A DNA stretch of 63,214 nt, counting the filler, from Octopus bimaculoides (Eukaryota): NCBI RefSeq assembly GCF_001194135.2. It is 6 parts of 6 records of this genome, joined end to end, with 100 filler letters (N's around TTAATTAATTAA, not from the genome) between each part and the next. Parts side by side here need not be neighbours in the genome. Positions count along the whole stretch, not along the records: positions 1 to 20,533 come from NC_069003.1; 5 more parts are not named here. One strand, 5' to 3'. Under the pieces are notes generated by a model. That model was not told the DNA's origin. It saw only the letters and a program-made list of their open reading frames with translations, and ran no database searches. A program made the position numbers and the translations under genes. Positions 1 to 12,335 of the stretch are shown here, one piece after another. Position 1 is the stretch's first letter; the number at the start of each line of letters is the position of its first letter.

Positions 1-1777
1 TTTTTTTTTTTTTTTCCTTCCTTCCCCCTCCCAAAAAGAAAAGCTCTACATTGTATTTGTCCCATCTTCGTTGAGCCCTGTGTGGCTAATAAAAGAAATG
101 TATCTACCTAATTAAGTAGGTATCTACCTACATACCTGCCTATCTCTCTCTCTCTCTCTACTATCTACCCACTTATCTACATCTACTTACATACCTACCT
201 ATCTATCCAGCACATCTCAGTATATGCCCAAATGGAATTTCAAAGGACTGAAATCTAACAGTACAGACGACCCCTTCCTACTTCCACCAAAACCACTACA
301 TCTGCTGATCTCTTGAAGAGCAGCAGAAGGAAATCCTCAGAGTCAGAGTGTCCTTCTAACAAAGACCATTAGTTCAGACAACCAAAGAAAGAATATGAAA
401 ATCCACAAGCTGTTTTGTTACCCTATCGTTTATTGACAAACTTCTACTGCTATGTTTGACCTACATTCATGGCTCTCAAAATAATTAATATCCTTTTCAT
501 AAGCTATGCAAAGAAATACTAAATATAAATCTAGCAAAGTTCTCTGGCCTCATAAGCACTGCTCAAACATAGTTAGGTTATTATGTGGAACACCAGGTAG
601 TTGGAATTACAAAAATCTAAGAATTTTAGGTTACATCAGCTTTTTAATATTATTCAGCTTTGATACAATTTCTTGTTCTATGACAACTATCTTCTTCACT
701 GCTGTTATTGTTATTATAATTAGTTAGGCAATATAAAATGTGTACAGTGACGTCTTTGACCATTACACTTTCACAGTGCCTTCTAAAATTACAGATTCTA
801 CCAGGTGAACTTCATTTGTTCTGAACCTGCCCACCAGCCAACAGTATATCCAGTTTCCAGTGTGTCATTATTACTACTGGTATACAGGAAATCTCATGGT
901 GTCATATTACACAACCAGCTCTCTATAGTTTCTATTACAAGGCCATAAAACACTGAGGTGTACTATACATAACTGAAGGAGAAATATGATGGTTTAGTTG
1001 CTGTAGTATGGTGGTGATGGTGGTTATAGTAGTTTTAGTGGTGGTTGCAGTGATGTGGTGGTCACAGGGGAAGTATTTGATATAGAGCACAGAACTGGGT
1101 CCTGCAGTATAGCTCTAAATATGCCAGGTACCTCAGGTAAGAACAGTGAGATTATAAACAGGTGGAGGTGAAGTATTGAATAACCAACTAACTTGTTTAC
1201 TATCCTTTACTTCTTTCTTTCTTTTTTCATATCTCTCTCAGATCTTTCCACTTATTTACGCAAGGAATCTTGAGTATCCTTTGTGTTGATTCTTAAATCA
1301 GCCAAACAACAAACAGAATTCCAACAAAAGAATAAACAAGTTGGTGAATCAAGATTTAGACTGTACCACATCACAGAACAGGAGAAAGTCTACATCAAGT
1401 CCCCATTGTAATTTAGGGGTGGTAGGTTAGATCAAATCCAGTGTAGCATTGATTAAGACATTTTGAGTCATTCCATGTTGACTCCACAAAATGTAGCAGT
1501 TAAGAGTTTGGAATCTCAACACTTTCTGGTAAGAGAATGGAATCATCAAAATTAATAAGTAAAAGGTGTGTCACTGTACTGTCTTGAGAGCTTTAGCAGT
1601 AATAGACTGACAGTAAATTGCTGTGTGATACTGTGCTCTTATAACAGTATACCACTGGGACAATGTCACAGTAGTTACAGTGTGACACTGTTACTGCTGT
1701 AACAATATACTTTTGTGACAGTGCTTTTAGTGGTAGTGACACTATTGCTGTGACAATGCTTTATTAGTGATATTGAT

Positions 1778-1968
1778 GACACAAGGGCAGCAATTTTGCA
1801 GGAGGGGTAAGTTGATTACATCAACCCCAATGCTCAACTGGGACTTATTTTATCCACCTTGGAAGGATAAAAGGCAAAGTTGATCTTAGCAGAATTTGAA
1901 CTCAGAATGTAAAGATGGATGAAATGCTATGCATTTTGCTTGGCGTGATTCAAAAAAATCTAGCTCAC
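1778..1968 (-). mobile_element. tRNA-derived SINE family A, old copy
   Basis: Decayed match to the family-A core (GATTACATCAACCCC..AAAGGCAAAGTTGA..GAATTTGAACTCAGAA) also seen at 19376 and 59092. Confidence 0.8.
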
Positions 1969-3079
1969 ACATGTAAAAAAGCAGGGTCAGCTTTCACCAA
2001 TGAAGGCCTTTACAGATGAAACTGCTTGGAAGTCTGTTGAATGAACAATTCCTGCTTTCAACAAATGGAGTCTTTATCCATTCCCCAGTTTAACACCACT
2101 GCTTGGGCCAGGGGTGACTATGTTTGCAGATATTTGGCCCAGCTCTCTGGTTTGAAGAACAACTGCCTATCTTGTTCTCACCAGTCTTGGAGGTGCTAAA
2201 ACAGGTCAAGGGCACTGTCCCCCACCTCTAATTAAGCTGTAAGCCTCTCTCCCCCAAAATCTGCATCAGTAAAATACTGTTGAAAACAGACCACTACAAG
2301 ATATATACCTAATATCAAGTCAGGACCAATTCCACATCATCCAGGAAACCACATAATCCAGCACTATCTGCTTACAATTGAGTGGTCAGTGACTAAACCA
2401 GGCCCCTGCTGAGCTTGTTCAGTGGGCTCTGACCAATTTGAATCAATCAAAAATTTTTGATAGGTTCAGTCATCACTACTTCATGACTGTTTTCTGGATG
2501 GGTTTCCTCCCCATTTCCAGAGGCTGGATTATTTCAATGTACAACACGATGGTAATCAAATTAAATGGCAACCAATCAGAACCATATTAGATTGTTTGAA
2601 CCATATAAGATTGAATGTCCTATCTCATTTTTTCTGTCCAACTCAATTCCCATCTCTAATCATCCATCAGATGCTTTTCACTATAACATATCTACCTACT
2701 CACCCACCATTCCTTTTCTTCTGTCCCTATTCTCTCTCTCTCTCTCTCGTATTCACCTTTATCTTGACCTCACATTTCTCTCACTCTCTCTAGGTGGAAG
2801 GTCATGCATGCACCTTGTTCAGTAAAACATCTACTCCAGTCCCTCAATACTATATTTTCATATACCTGAATACTTTACCCTAATCAGTTGAGAGATCTTG
2901 TCTTGCAAATATTTGGTAGCCTCACCAATGCCGGTGCCATAAAAAAAAAAACACTCAGTACACTCTGTTAAGTGGTTGGTGATAAAAAGGGCATTCGGCA
3001 GCAGAAACCAGACCAAAGCAGACACTGGAGCTTGGTGCATCTGTCAAACTGTCCAATTCAAGAATGCATACTTGCAAGT

Positions 3080-4850
3080 ATACATAATATATGTGTATGC
3101 ACCATTCATCAGAATGTCAAACTAATGATTTCTGGCATGAAGCTATCAGATTTAACCAAGGATATGAAGTTTTACATGAATGATGATAAACAATATTTGG
3201 AATGAATTACTTACAACCCAGCAACAAACAACTGCTACATGGGCTGCTGTTCAAATTGTAATTCTTTGCTTGAAAAATTCTTATAAGAAATGTTTAATGT
3301 GAATATGATTGATGAAGTACAATATAAGCAATGGCTAACAACAGACAGAACAATCCTAGAAAATATATCAAAATCAACAGATGATTTTGTTGAAATTTTC
3401 TGTCAAAAGCTTAAAGCACTTAAAATACATTTCACTGCAAAGGAACAATCTAAATTTTGTACTTCAAGAAAAGTATCTTCTAGTAGAGGAGAAATCTTAG
3501 TCATAGCAAATTTTTCAGAGAATTATTCATTCATCTTGCAAAATGCTACACTAAAATTTCATTGGAGCAATGCTCAAGCCACTATCCATCTATTTGTTAT
3601 TATAAACAAAACAATGATGTGACTAACATCAATGTTGTCATTATATCCGACTGTATGAAGTATGAGACGGTAGCAGTCCATCTCTTCCCAAAAAAGCTAA
3701 TAGATTTTCTTAGGGGCAAAGTCTTTAATACCAACAAAATTATCTACTTTTCAGATGGTGCTGCTTCACAATATAGAAAATTGTAAGAATTTTATAAATT
3801 TATGCTACCATTCTATAGATTTCCAAACTGATACAGAGTGGCACTTCTTTGCTACTTCTCATGGTAAGGGACCTTGTGATAGCTTAGGAGGTACAATTAA
3901 ATGAATAGCAGTTTGGGTAAGTTTACAATGTCCTTTCAATGAACAAATCATGGCTCCAAGACAACTTTATGATTATGGTCAGCAAAACATTCTTGGAATT
4001 AATTTTATCTACTCAAATGATGAAATGCCGAATGAGGAAAATCTATTGAGAGAGAGATTTAGAAATGCAAGGACAATACTAGGAATACAAAAGTTGCATT
4101 GTTTTATCACAAACTTACCTTCAGAAATTAAGGTAAAAGTGATATCTACAATACATAATTATACTAAAATTAGAATCTCCATGCAAGATGCTGTTCAGTT
4201 TGAGGATATAAAAGGATTTGTAGCTGCAATTTATGATGGTGACTGGTGTTTAACCTGTGTTCTAGAAACATACCCAGAAACTATGCAAGTAAAATTCACC
4301 TTTCTTGAACCTAAAGGACCCTCATCATAATTTCAGTATCCTAGAAAGTCAGATGTTTTAACAGTGGGTTATTTAGACATCCGTGGAGGCGCAATGGCCC
4401 TGTGGTTAGGGCAGCGGACTTGCGGTCATAGGATCGCAGTTTCGATTCCCAGACCAGGCGTTGTGAGTGTTTATTGAGCGAAAACACCTAAAGCTCCACG
4501 AGGCTCCGGCAGGGGGTGGTGGCGAACCCTGCTGTACTCTTCCACCACAACTTTCTCTCACTCTTTCTTCTTGTTTCTGTTGTACCTGTAATTCAAAGGC
4601 CTTGTCACACTGTGTCACGCTGAATATCCCCAAGAACTACGTTAAGGGTACACATGTCTGTGGAGTGCTCAGCCACTTGCATGTTAATTTCACGAGCAGG
4701 CTGTTCCGTTGATCGGATCAACTGGAACCCTCGACGTCGAAAGCGACGGAGTGCCAACAATTTAGACATCCTTTGTAAATATGACCCCAGAACTGCTTGA
4801 GGAAAAATATACTTTGACAGAAAAAGAAATGAAAAATGCATTACAATTAT
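3080..4850 (+). mobile_element. Decayed DNA-transposon-like transposase (DDE/DDD-like, superfamily not assigned), interrupted by a SINE
   Basis: Frameshifted pieces carry NFSENY..HWSNAQAT, FSDGAASQY, WHFFATSHGKGPCDSLGGTIK and a C-terminal AIYDGDW..FLEPKGPS..YP module. The reading continues after the SINE at 4772. Confidence 0.7.
4383..4759 (+). mobile_element. Full-length tRNA-derived SINE (family B) with 12-bp TSD
   Basis: tRNA-like head (TGGCCCTGTGGTTAGG A box, GTTTCGATTCCC B box). Identical ATTTAGACATCC at 4371-4382 and 4760-4771. Confidence 0.9.
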
Positions 4851-5379
4851 TCATATCATCATATAACCAGGCATATTCCCCCTTTTTTTTTTAGGTGGGG
4901 ATAGCCACAGTAAGACACACACCAGGTATTCAATTCATTTCCCAGCTTCAATGGGCAAGCCCCGTTTTATTATTAATTTCAAGAAAATTGTCTCATTAAA
5001 TTTCTAAGATTTCAGGATTTTCTCTAACAAGTACCTAATCATTTAAAGCAACGCAAGAGTGGGAGGTTGAGACATGTAGCTTCATCCGCTAAGCTTATCA
5101 GGAGTGGCCCCTTAGGCGATGGGGATGCCAACAGTTTGTTTGATGATTCTAAGTGTTGGCAGTGGCATTGCTACCATTGACCATAGCGGAAAAGTAGTTA
5201 CACTTAAAGTAGACATTATTGAAATAACAAAAATGCTTATTTTGGTTATCAGCACTTTGTTTTCTCCTTCAAGCTCAAATTGTCTTACTTAGTAAGCAAT
5301 TGTTGATAATTTGTCATTACTTTTCACTATAATTATATTTATCAAAAATACTTCCCATTGAGATCCCAATATGAATTTT

Positions 5380-5965
5380 TTTTTCATGCGAGTTGTGACT
5401 AAGTAGGGCAACCTGTCTTAATTTCCTCCATTATTGCCTGGAGGACTAAGATGAACAAGAGGGGGCTGAGCACTGATCCTTGGTGAACCCCTACTTGTAC
5501 CCTGAATTCTTCGCTGTACTCGTTGCCCACCTTCACCTTATTAATAGCATCCTTGTACAGGTCTTGTACAGCTCTCACCAACCACTCATCTATCCCTAGT
5601 TTCTGCATCAACCCCCAGATAAGGGATCAAAGGAGTCTGTCAAAAGCTTTCTCCAAGTCAGAAATATAGCATCAGTGGTGCTTCTACCTGGCACAAAACC
5701 AAACTACATCTCATCTAGACTAACTCTCTCTCTCTGAGTAGTTGGGCTATGACTCACTCTACAACTTTCATCACCTGATACAACAATTTGATGCCTCTGT
5801 AATTATTTCTATCTAAGGCATCACCTTTACCTTTGTAGCAGTTGACTATGGTGCTGCAACACCAGTCATTGGGTATGACTCCTTCATGACCCACCTGATT
5901 TACAATGTATATATCAGTGGCATGTGGTGACTTCTGAGGTTGGTCGTGCAATAAATACCTGACGT
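5380..5965 (-). mobile_element. RTE-clade LINE reverse-transcriptase fragments
   Basis: GVHQGSVLSPLLFILVL and IPNDW..STIVNCYKGKGDALDRNNYRGIKLL motifs. Confidence 0.85.
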
Positions 5966-6950
5966 ACATGGTGGAGATGTACCCACTTTAAAAAGAAATT
6001 TTTTTATGGAAACCCACGTTTTCGGCTATGAAGATTCCACTTCAGAAAAAAAATTGGCGAAAATTGCAACTTCAAAATTTCAATTCCCATTCCCATTTCT
6101 TCATTTTTCACTTTTTTCAGAATTTGTTTTTGGGAAAAATACAGAGATTATGATTCTGAAAAAAACAATTGATGTATGTATGCATATATGGATGTATGGA
6201 TAAATAGATATTGTCTATTCATCTATGTGTATATGCATACATATGTGCTAGCATCCATGTTTGCGCGACTTTAAAATGTCCACATATATACCATTATAAA
6301 TGTATTGCAATAATATTAATGTGAGCAACTGTAAGGCAATTCTTCAGTTTGTCTTGAGATTATCAATTTTTCCAGCTGATTGTTTGGCAATTTCCATAAA
6401 GAATTTTTATTTATTTAGTTTTGTTTTTGTGTCCTGTTGAAGCCGACATTTGCTTTGAGGTCAGTTAGAAAGGTGAAAAGTGAAAGACACGTTCACGCAT
6501 GCGTGCACATGCCCATTGACTTTCATGTCTATCAGTTGAATAGTGGAACACATGCTCACACAATGTATGTATGAACATGCATATGAAAGGTAATGGGTGT
6601 GTATTTGTATTCACTTACAGACATACACCCATTCTCTCATATACACATACATAGATAAATACATATACACACATCGTTTTTTGTATGTATGTATGCGTGT
6701 GCATATGTACATGTATTTTTGTATATGTATGTAAGTATATGCAGCTGAGTTCATTTCTCATTCAAGTCACCATTTTTTTTTGTTTCTCAATATACTGAAA
6801 ATCAGTTACCTTTTTTACAATTATATGTGTGTGTGTGAGAATACAGCTGCACACACACACAATGGGTATATTGGGCTTCGTATATTTGTACCCCAATGTC
6901 ACTTTGATGGCATGTGCTGCATTCTCCCTCAATAATAATAATCCTTTCTA

Positions 6951-7360
6951 CTGTAGGCACAAGGCCTGAAAATTTGGAGAAAGGGATAGTCGATTACATT
7001 GACCCCAGTGCATAACTGATACTTATTTCATCAACCCCGAAAAGATGAAAGGCAAAGTAGACCTCGGTGGTATTTGAACTCAGAATGTAGTGATAGGTGA
7101 AATACCACTAAACATTTTGTCCAGCATGCTAACAATTCTGCCAGCGTGCCGCCTTATAATAATAATAATCTTTTTTACTAGGGAGGTGACTAGTCGATTA
7201 CATCAATTCCAGTGTTTCTCTGGTACTTAATTTATCTACTCCAAAAGGATAAAATGCAAAGTCACCCTTGGCAGAATTTGAATTCAGAACATAGCAACAG
7301 GCGAAATACTACTAAGCATTTTGCCCAGTGTGCTAACGATTCTCCTAACTTGCTGCCTTA
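6951..7360 (-). mobile_element. Two tandem SINE family A copies (about 6951-7156 and 7170-7360) separated by (TAA)n
   Basis: Two successive matches to the family-A core with TAA repeats between and around them. Confidence 0.85.
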
Positions 7361-7366
7361 ATAATA

Positions 7367-7860
7367 AATGCCCTGATGCAGTACCAGGCAGTGGCTCTCG
7401 TAGCTTTTGATCTTAACTGATTGGAAGTGTTATCATGTACATTGTTTTGTCTTGGTATAAAAGATGGACTACAGCAAATATTCTGCTCAATACCACAGAT
7501 TTGCTTGTCAGTTGTTTGACCTTGAGCAGAAGTATTGGGGGAGCATCATAGCCATGTGTTAAAAGGAATTCTTTGGGGTTTGAATAATTCACCTTTGGAA
7601 ACATGGGTGTTTTGTTCATCATCCTTAAACAAACCTTATTCAGGGACCTTTTGAGTAGTATGGGCTACTCAATCTGAAGAAAATTCTAACTGGGCCCTAC
7701 CTGCAAAGTCACACACTGTTTATCTTGATATGAGATCTCATGTCGTGCACATATGGTTGTGATGCATGTGCCTAGTATACTTTTATCAGACGAGTAGTCA
7801 TGATGGGTATATTGGGCTTCGAATATTTGTACCCCCAGTGTCACTTAGATGGCATGTGCT
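7367..7860 (+). repeat. About 490-bp non-coding interspersed repeat with (TAA)n-associated ends
   Basis: The same sequence recurs at 26410-26670 and as 3'-end fragments at 6858-6940 and 50170-50200, ending CTCTCACTC-AATAATAAT. Confidence 0.8.
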
Positions 7861-7869
7861 CAAACCTAT

Positions 7870-8820
7870 CATTGATGGAAAAAACATCAAATAAAAAGCA
7901 AAGAAGGTTTGCATGAATAATATCGAAGACAACTAGAAAGGCAAACTCCTGCATGGAAAATACCCTAGCTACCTGTCCAAGCGAGATATTAAACAAAATC
8001 TAACACGCCAATGGCTACAAAGGACAGGTCTGAAAGGAGAAACAAAAAGTTTTGTTATTGCAGTGCAAGATCAGAGCTTACTTACCAGAAACTACCATGC
8101 AAACGTCCTTAAAGATTGATCTGATCCCTCGTGCAGAATTTGCAGAAAATTCAGAGAGACAATTGATCATGTTGTTTCTGGCTGCCCAGTCCTTGCTGAA
8201 AAGGAGTACCTCATAAAACATGACAGACTAGGGCAGTACATCCACTGGAATCCTTGTAAATACTACAAAATTAAATCCCATAAGTGGTACAGTCACCATC
8301 CAGAGGAAGTAGTAAATGGCGAGGGCGTCACCATCCTTTGGAACTTCCCAATACAAACAGACAGAAAATTGACTCCAATCGACCAGACATTGTGATCAAG
8401 GACTACAACAGAGGAACTTGTCTGTTAATAGATATGTCTGTCCCACAAGATCAAAATGTCTCAAGAAAGAAATACGAAAAGCTTTCTCACTATAAAGATC
8501 TGCAAATTGAAATCACAAAAATGTGGAAGCTTGGTATTACGATAATACCAGTAGTAATTGGTGCGTTGGGAATGATAACTAAGGGAGCTGAGAAGTATAT
8601 TTAGCAACTCCTTAGTGACTCTAATCTCCGTGAACTACAAAAGATAACCTTGATGGGTACAACTCCACTCTCCATCTAAAATGGAATAAATGTGATGATA
8701 ATTTTAGCATGCATAGCAAAACAAAAGTGTCCATGCTACTTTTGGCCTCCGGAGGATGCCCGGTACTAAGGCAGCTGGAATAAAGTTATAATGAAAGGAA
8801 ATCATATATAATAATAATAT
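7870..8820 (+). mobile_element. 5'-truncated Dong/R4-clade non-LTR retrotransposon (CCHC knuckle + restriction-like endonuclease)
   Basis: AVQDQSLLTRNY, CRICRKFRETIDHVVSGCPVLA..EY..KHD, RPDIVI..IDMSVP..KYEKL, IPVVIGALG. A short 3' UTR ends in TAATAATAAT. Confidence 0.88.
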
Positions 8821-9300
8821 CTCTCTATTTATGTATGTATGTACCAGGTAACATGACAGGAAGTAAAATATTGATATAGCTTTTGTTTTATCGTTACAGT
8901 GTAAGATACTTCTTCAAGTTGTACATAGAAACACATTGAAAAACAATGAATTCTGCAGAATGAATGACGATGATTGTACCACGATGACTGTTATCACTTG
9001 TGAGTGCACCAACTACAGCTGAAGAAACTTCCGCTGTGCAAGTTGTGCGTGTGCATATGTACCAGATAAACACCAGGAAAATGTTTTGTGGATATGATAG
9101 ATATATCAATGAGTGTGAGCGTGTGTGTGGTGTTATATAACTTATTTGTTTGTAATTTGACTGCAACCATGTGGGTGAGTGAATGCATATTTTAAGAAGT
9201 TGATTGTTATGGCCGGTCAGAGAGTAACCATAGGTTTCACATCAATAAAGCGCTTAGCCGTATAGGCGACTCGTCAGCCTCAAATGGACGAATGCACAAA

Positions 9301-9367
<67 letters not shown>

Positions 9368-9659
9368 CATACACGCACACACATACGGAGAGATTCATAT
9401 AAGCCTATACATCATGGGAGTGTGTGTGTGTGTGTATGTATATATATATATATATATATATATCCTATCTGAATCTCTAGCGACGGTGCCAACTCGCCAT
9501 AAGTGTGTGTATGTAGTATGTGCGTGTCCTACGACAGGGATATAAACGCCTTTAGTAATCGGAATTCATTAACCTGCATCTATAATATATAGACACATTC
9601 ATATACATATATATACACACATATAACATGATGTAAAGAGCGAGAAGTGTATACATTAC

Positions 9660-9877
9660 CATGAAAACTGTCGATGTTTGAATGTAAAAAATATATTCTC
9701 CTGGTAATAGTTGGTTATGATATTTGAATAAAGGAGGAACTAAATTAATAAAGTGTCGTCGTCCTGGATGGAGATGAACGCCGGAGCATTTTCCCCAGTC
9801 CACCGAGGGTTACCGTAGAGGTCAGCGAGTGTCGTCGTTTAGAGGAGCAACAGTTTAAAAAATGCTTGTCAATAACA
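9660..9877 (-). other. Candidate exon of an unidentified minus-strand gene (5' UTR ending in ATG)
   Basis: Long pyrimidine tract + CTAG acceptor (+ strand 9878-9930) and ATG|GTAATG donor at 9659, within a CpG-retaining patch. No protein homology recognised. Confidence 0.35.
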
Positions 9878-10259
9878 CTAGGAGGGGAGAAGAAACTGAG
9901 ACGACGAAACTAAAGGGAAAAAATGGAAATTTTGTTGTTTTTGTTTTTCACTCAGAGTTATCTCCCCTGGCCTCTATTGATTAATTATTAGTTAATTAAC
10001 AATTCTTATCTTATACCCCTCTTCCTCCCATGCCAAACTAAATCTATTTCATTTTACGTCCTTGACATTGTGTTTGACAAGCTGTTTTAATTGTGGAGAC
10101 TGCTTCGACTAAGTGTAAAATATATAAAGACTAAGTATCATGTAATAAATATAGTGCACTAAAAATATATTTTGTGGGTTCGAGTCTTGCAAGCAACCAT
10201 TATCTTATTCCCTATCCAAGGTTGTTAATTTTTTTAAGCCAATGTATAATATGTTATCA

Positions 10260-12335
10260 TTTATAGCTATATCTGTACAGGAATATCCTGAAAAGTAGAC
10301 CCACTCTCACCAGCTAGATCTAAAGAATTTAATGGGGTGAAGAGCAAGATAAGGCCTTCCGTATGCTTATCACTCATCTGCAGTTTTGCAACCATACTCA
10401 ATGGAGAAGATGCGTTCTTGATTGCAGTAGCTGGGGTGTTATCCCTTGAAGGACACCCAGTAGCATTCATAAGTTACACCTTTAGCCAGGCACAACGAAA
10501 TTGGTTGAACAGAAAGAGATAGGCTCATGCAGTAGCATGGAACATAGATAGACTGCAGCATTTCCTTTTACGAAAGAAGTTTTATTTGGAATCAAATTAT
10601 CAGCCTTTAAAAGCCCTGTTCACGAAGGATTTAAATGCTTCGCCAAAAATAGCCAGGTGGAGTTTGATTCTATCACAATGCGTTTTTGTTGTTAAGCATG
10701 CTCTGGGTTAGAGCCTTGCGCACATCAATGCCCTCTCTAGATTGAGGTATAAGATTAACGATGGTGGTATGATTTTCTTTGCTTCACATTTAGATAAATG
10801 CAACAGTGCGTGGCAGGACATCAGTCCTGTAATGATGGAAGGCATCCGAAAGGAATTAAAAGCAAACGCATTATATAATAAAATAAAAGAAAGAATTTTA
10901 CAGCAAAATTGGAAATCAGTCTCGAATCTGGAATATGCATTTATTAAAGAGAAGGATTTTCTAACATGCGAAAAGGGCTTTATATACCATAAAAATCGTC
11001 CATTTATCTCAGCACCTTAAAGAGCCGCAGTATTAGCTAAAATACATAACACACATATAGGCATTCAACAAACAACTAAGAAGGTATGACGCTGTGTTTA
11101 GTGGCCTGGGTCAGCTTACTCAGTGGTGAAACTTGTCAAATCTTGTAATAGTTGTCAGAGTTATACCATATTTAGTAAAGGCATGGCCTATTTCTGGACC
11201 ACAGGAACATGTGCATATGGATTGGGCATATGTTCCAAACATCAGTAACATACTTATAATTGTAGATGCCTATTCAATATGGATTGAGGCATTTTTGTGT
11301 CCTAATCGCTCAACTGAGGTGATAAAAAACAAGCTGCTTGAGGTCTTCGCTCATTTTGGTGTGCCCACAGCTTTAGCATGGGTCAACAGGCCTGAATTTG
11401 TTGCATTAAAGGATATGTTGTCATCAATGGGTTGCAGAAGAATTGAAATACCTGCTTATAGTCCAGCATCTAATGGCACTGCTGAAAGGGCTGTACAAGC
11501 TGTGAAAGCTACACTGAAGCATTTTGACCCAAAGACAGGGAATTTCGGCAACTACTTGAACAAAATTTTCCTCAACCATTTGAGTGCTTTGGGTAGTTGT
11601 AAATTATCAGTGGCCAAAAAGTTAATGAAAAGACCACTGAGGGTTGCTGTAAACCCATTATTTGAAATAGGTGAGGATGTAATGCACAAAACCATGTTTG
11701 ACAAGGTTGCATCTAAGGTAAAATATGTAATATATGCTGGAAAGAATACTGCATAGATTAAGAAGGAGGGTTGCCCACTGCAATTAGTAGCATTTGAGCA
11801 ACTGGCCCTGCTAAATACCCAGGAACCAAAATTAGATTTAAGCACAGCACCTGGCACAATGGTTCACACTGAGTCTGCAAGGATGCCTAACAATGACGGT
11901 AAAACCATATCAAGTCCCCAGGCTAGGCATAACACCAACACTGGAGTTATAGAAGTGGAGCAGCTTATTATTAACAATGCTAGCCGTTGAAGATTGAATA
12001 TGAAAATTTCATCAAGTCCCCAACTGAGGCAAGGTCCAAGAATTGTAGCAGGATGTAAAAAACCAAAACATTTCGAGGAAGAATAATGTGATAGTTGCAT
12101 TGGGTTGTTGATTGTGGTATCCTAATATACATATAGAAATCCCAAGGGAAATCTTGTGCAACCATGTGGAAATCATGAGATGAAAGATGAACGAGCTAGC
12201 AGCCATAAAAGGGGTGATACCACTACACATGTGAAAGATGATGTTAGGAACTGTACAGCATGGTCCTTGGAAGTGAGCTGTGTAACTTGCAGTTATGAAC
12301 ATTCAATATATTTTCTAAATGAGTGAAACACAACA
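10260..12335 (+). mobile_element. 3' half of a Ty3/Gypsy LTR retrotransposon (RNase H, integrase, putative 3' LTR 12087-12335)
   Basis: GHPVAFIS..AQRNW (RNase H), HNTHIG..YWPG..KSCNSCQ (zinc-binding), HVHMD..LIIVDAYS..PASNGTAERAVQ (integrase core). Purine tract GAGGAAGAATAA is followed by TGTGAT...ACAACA. Confidence 0.85.

Noticed and set aside
4383-4460. tRNA-like sequence
   Set aside because: SINE head continuous with a 300-bp body and bounded by a TSD; not a tRNA gene.
6494-6505. 12-bp palindrome CACGCATGCGTG (NRF1-like; position approximate)
   Set aside because: Sits in CA/TG low-complexity sequence and lacks the full GCGCATGCGC consensus and any promoter context.
8894-9188. Minus-strand ORFs downstream of the candidate ATG exon
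   Set aside because: No convincing acceptor or homology.
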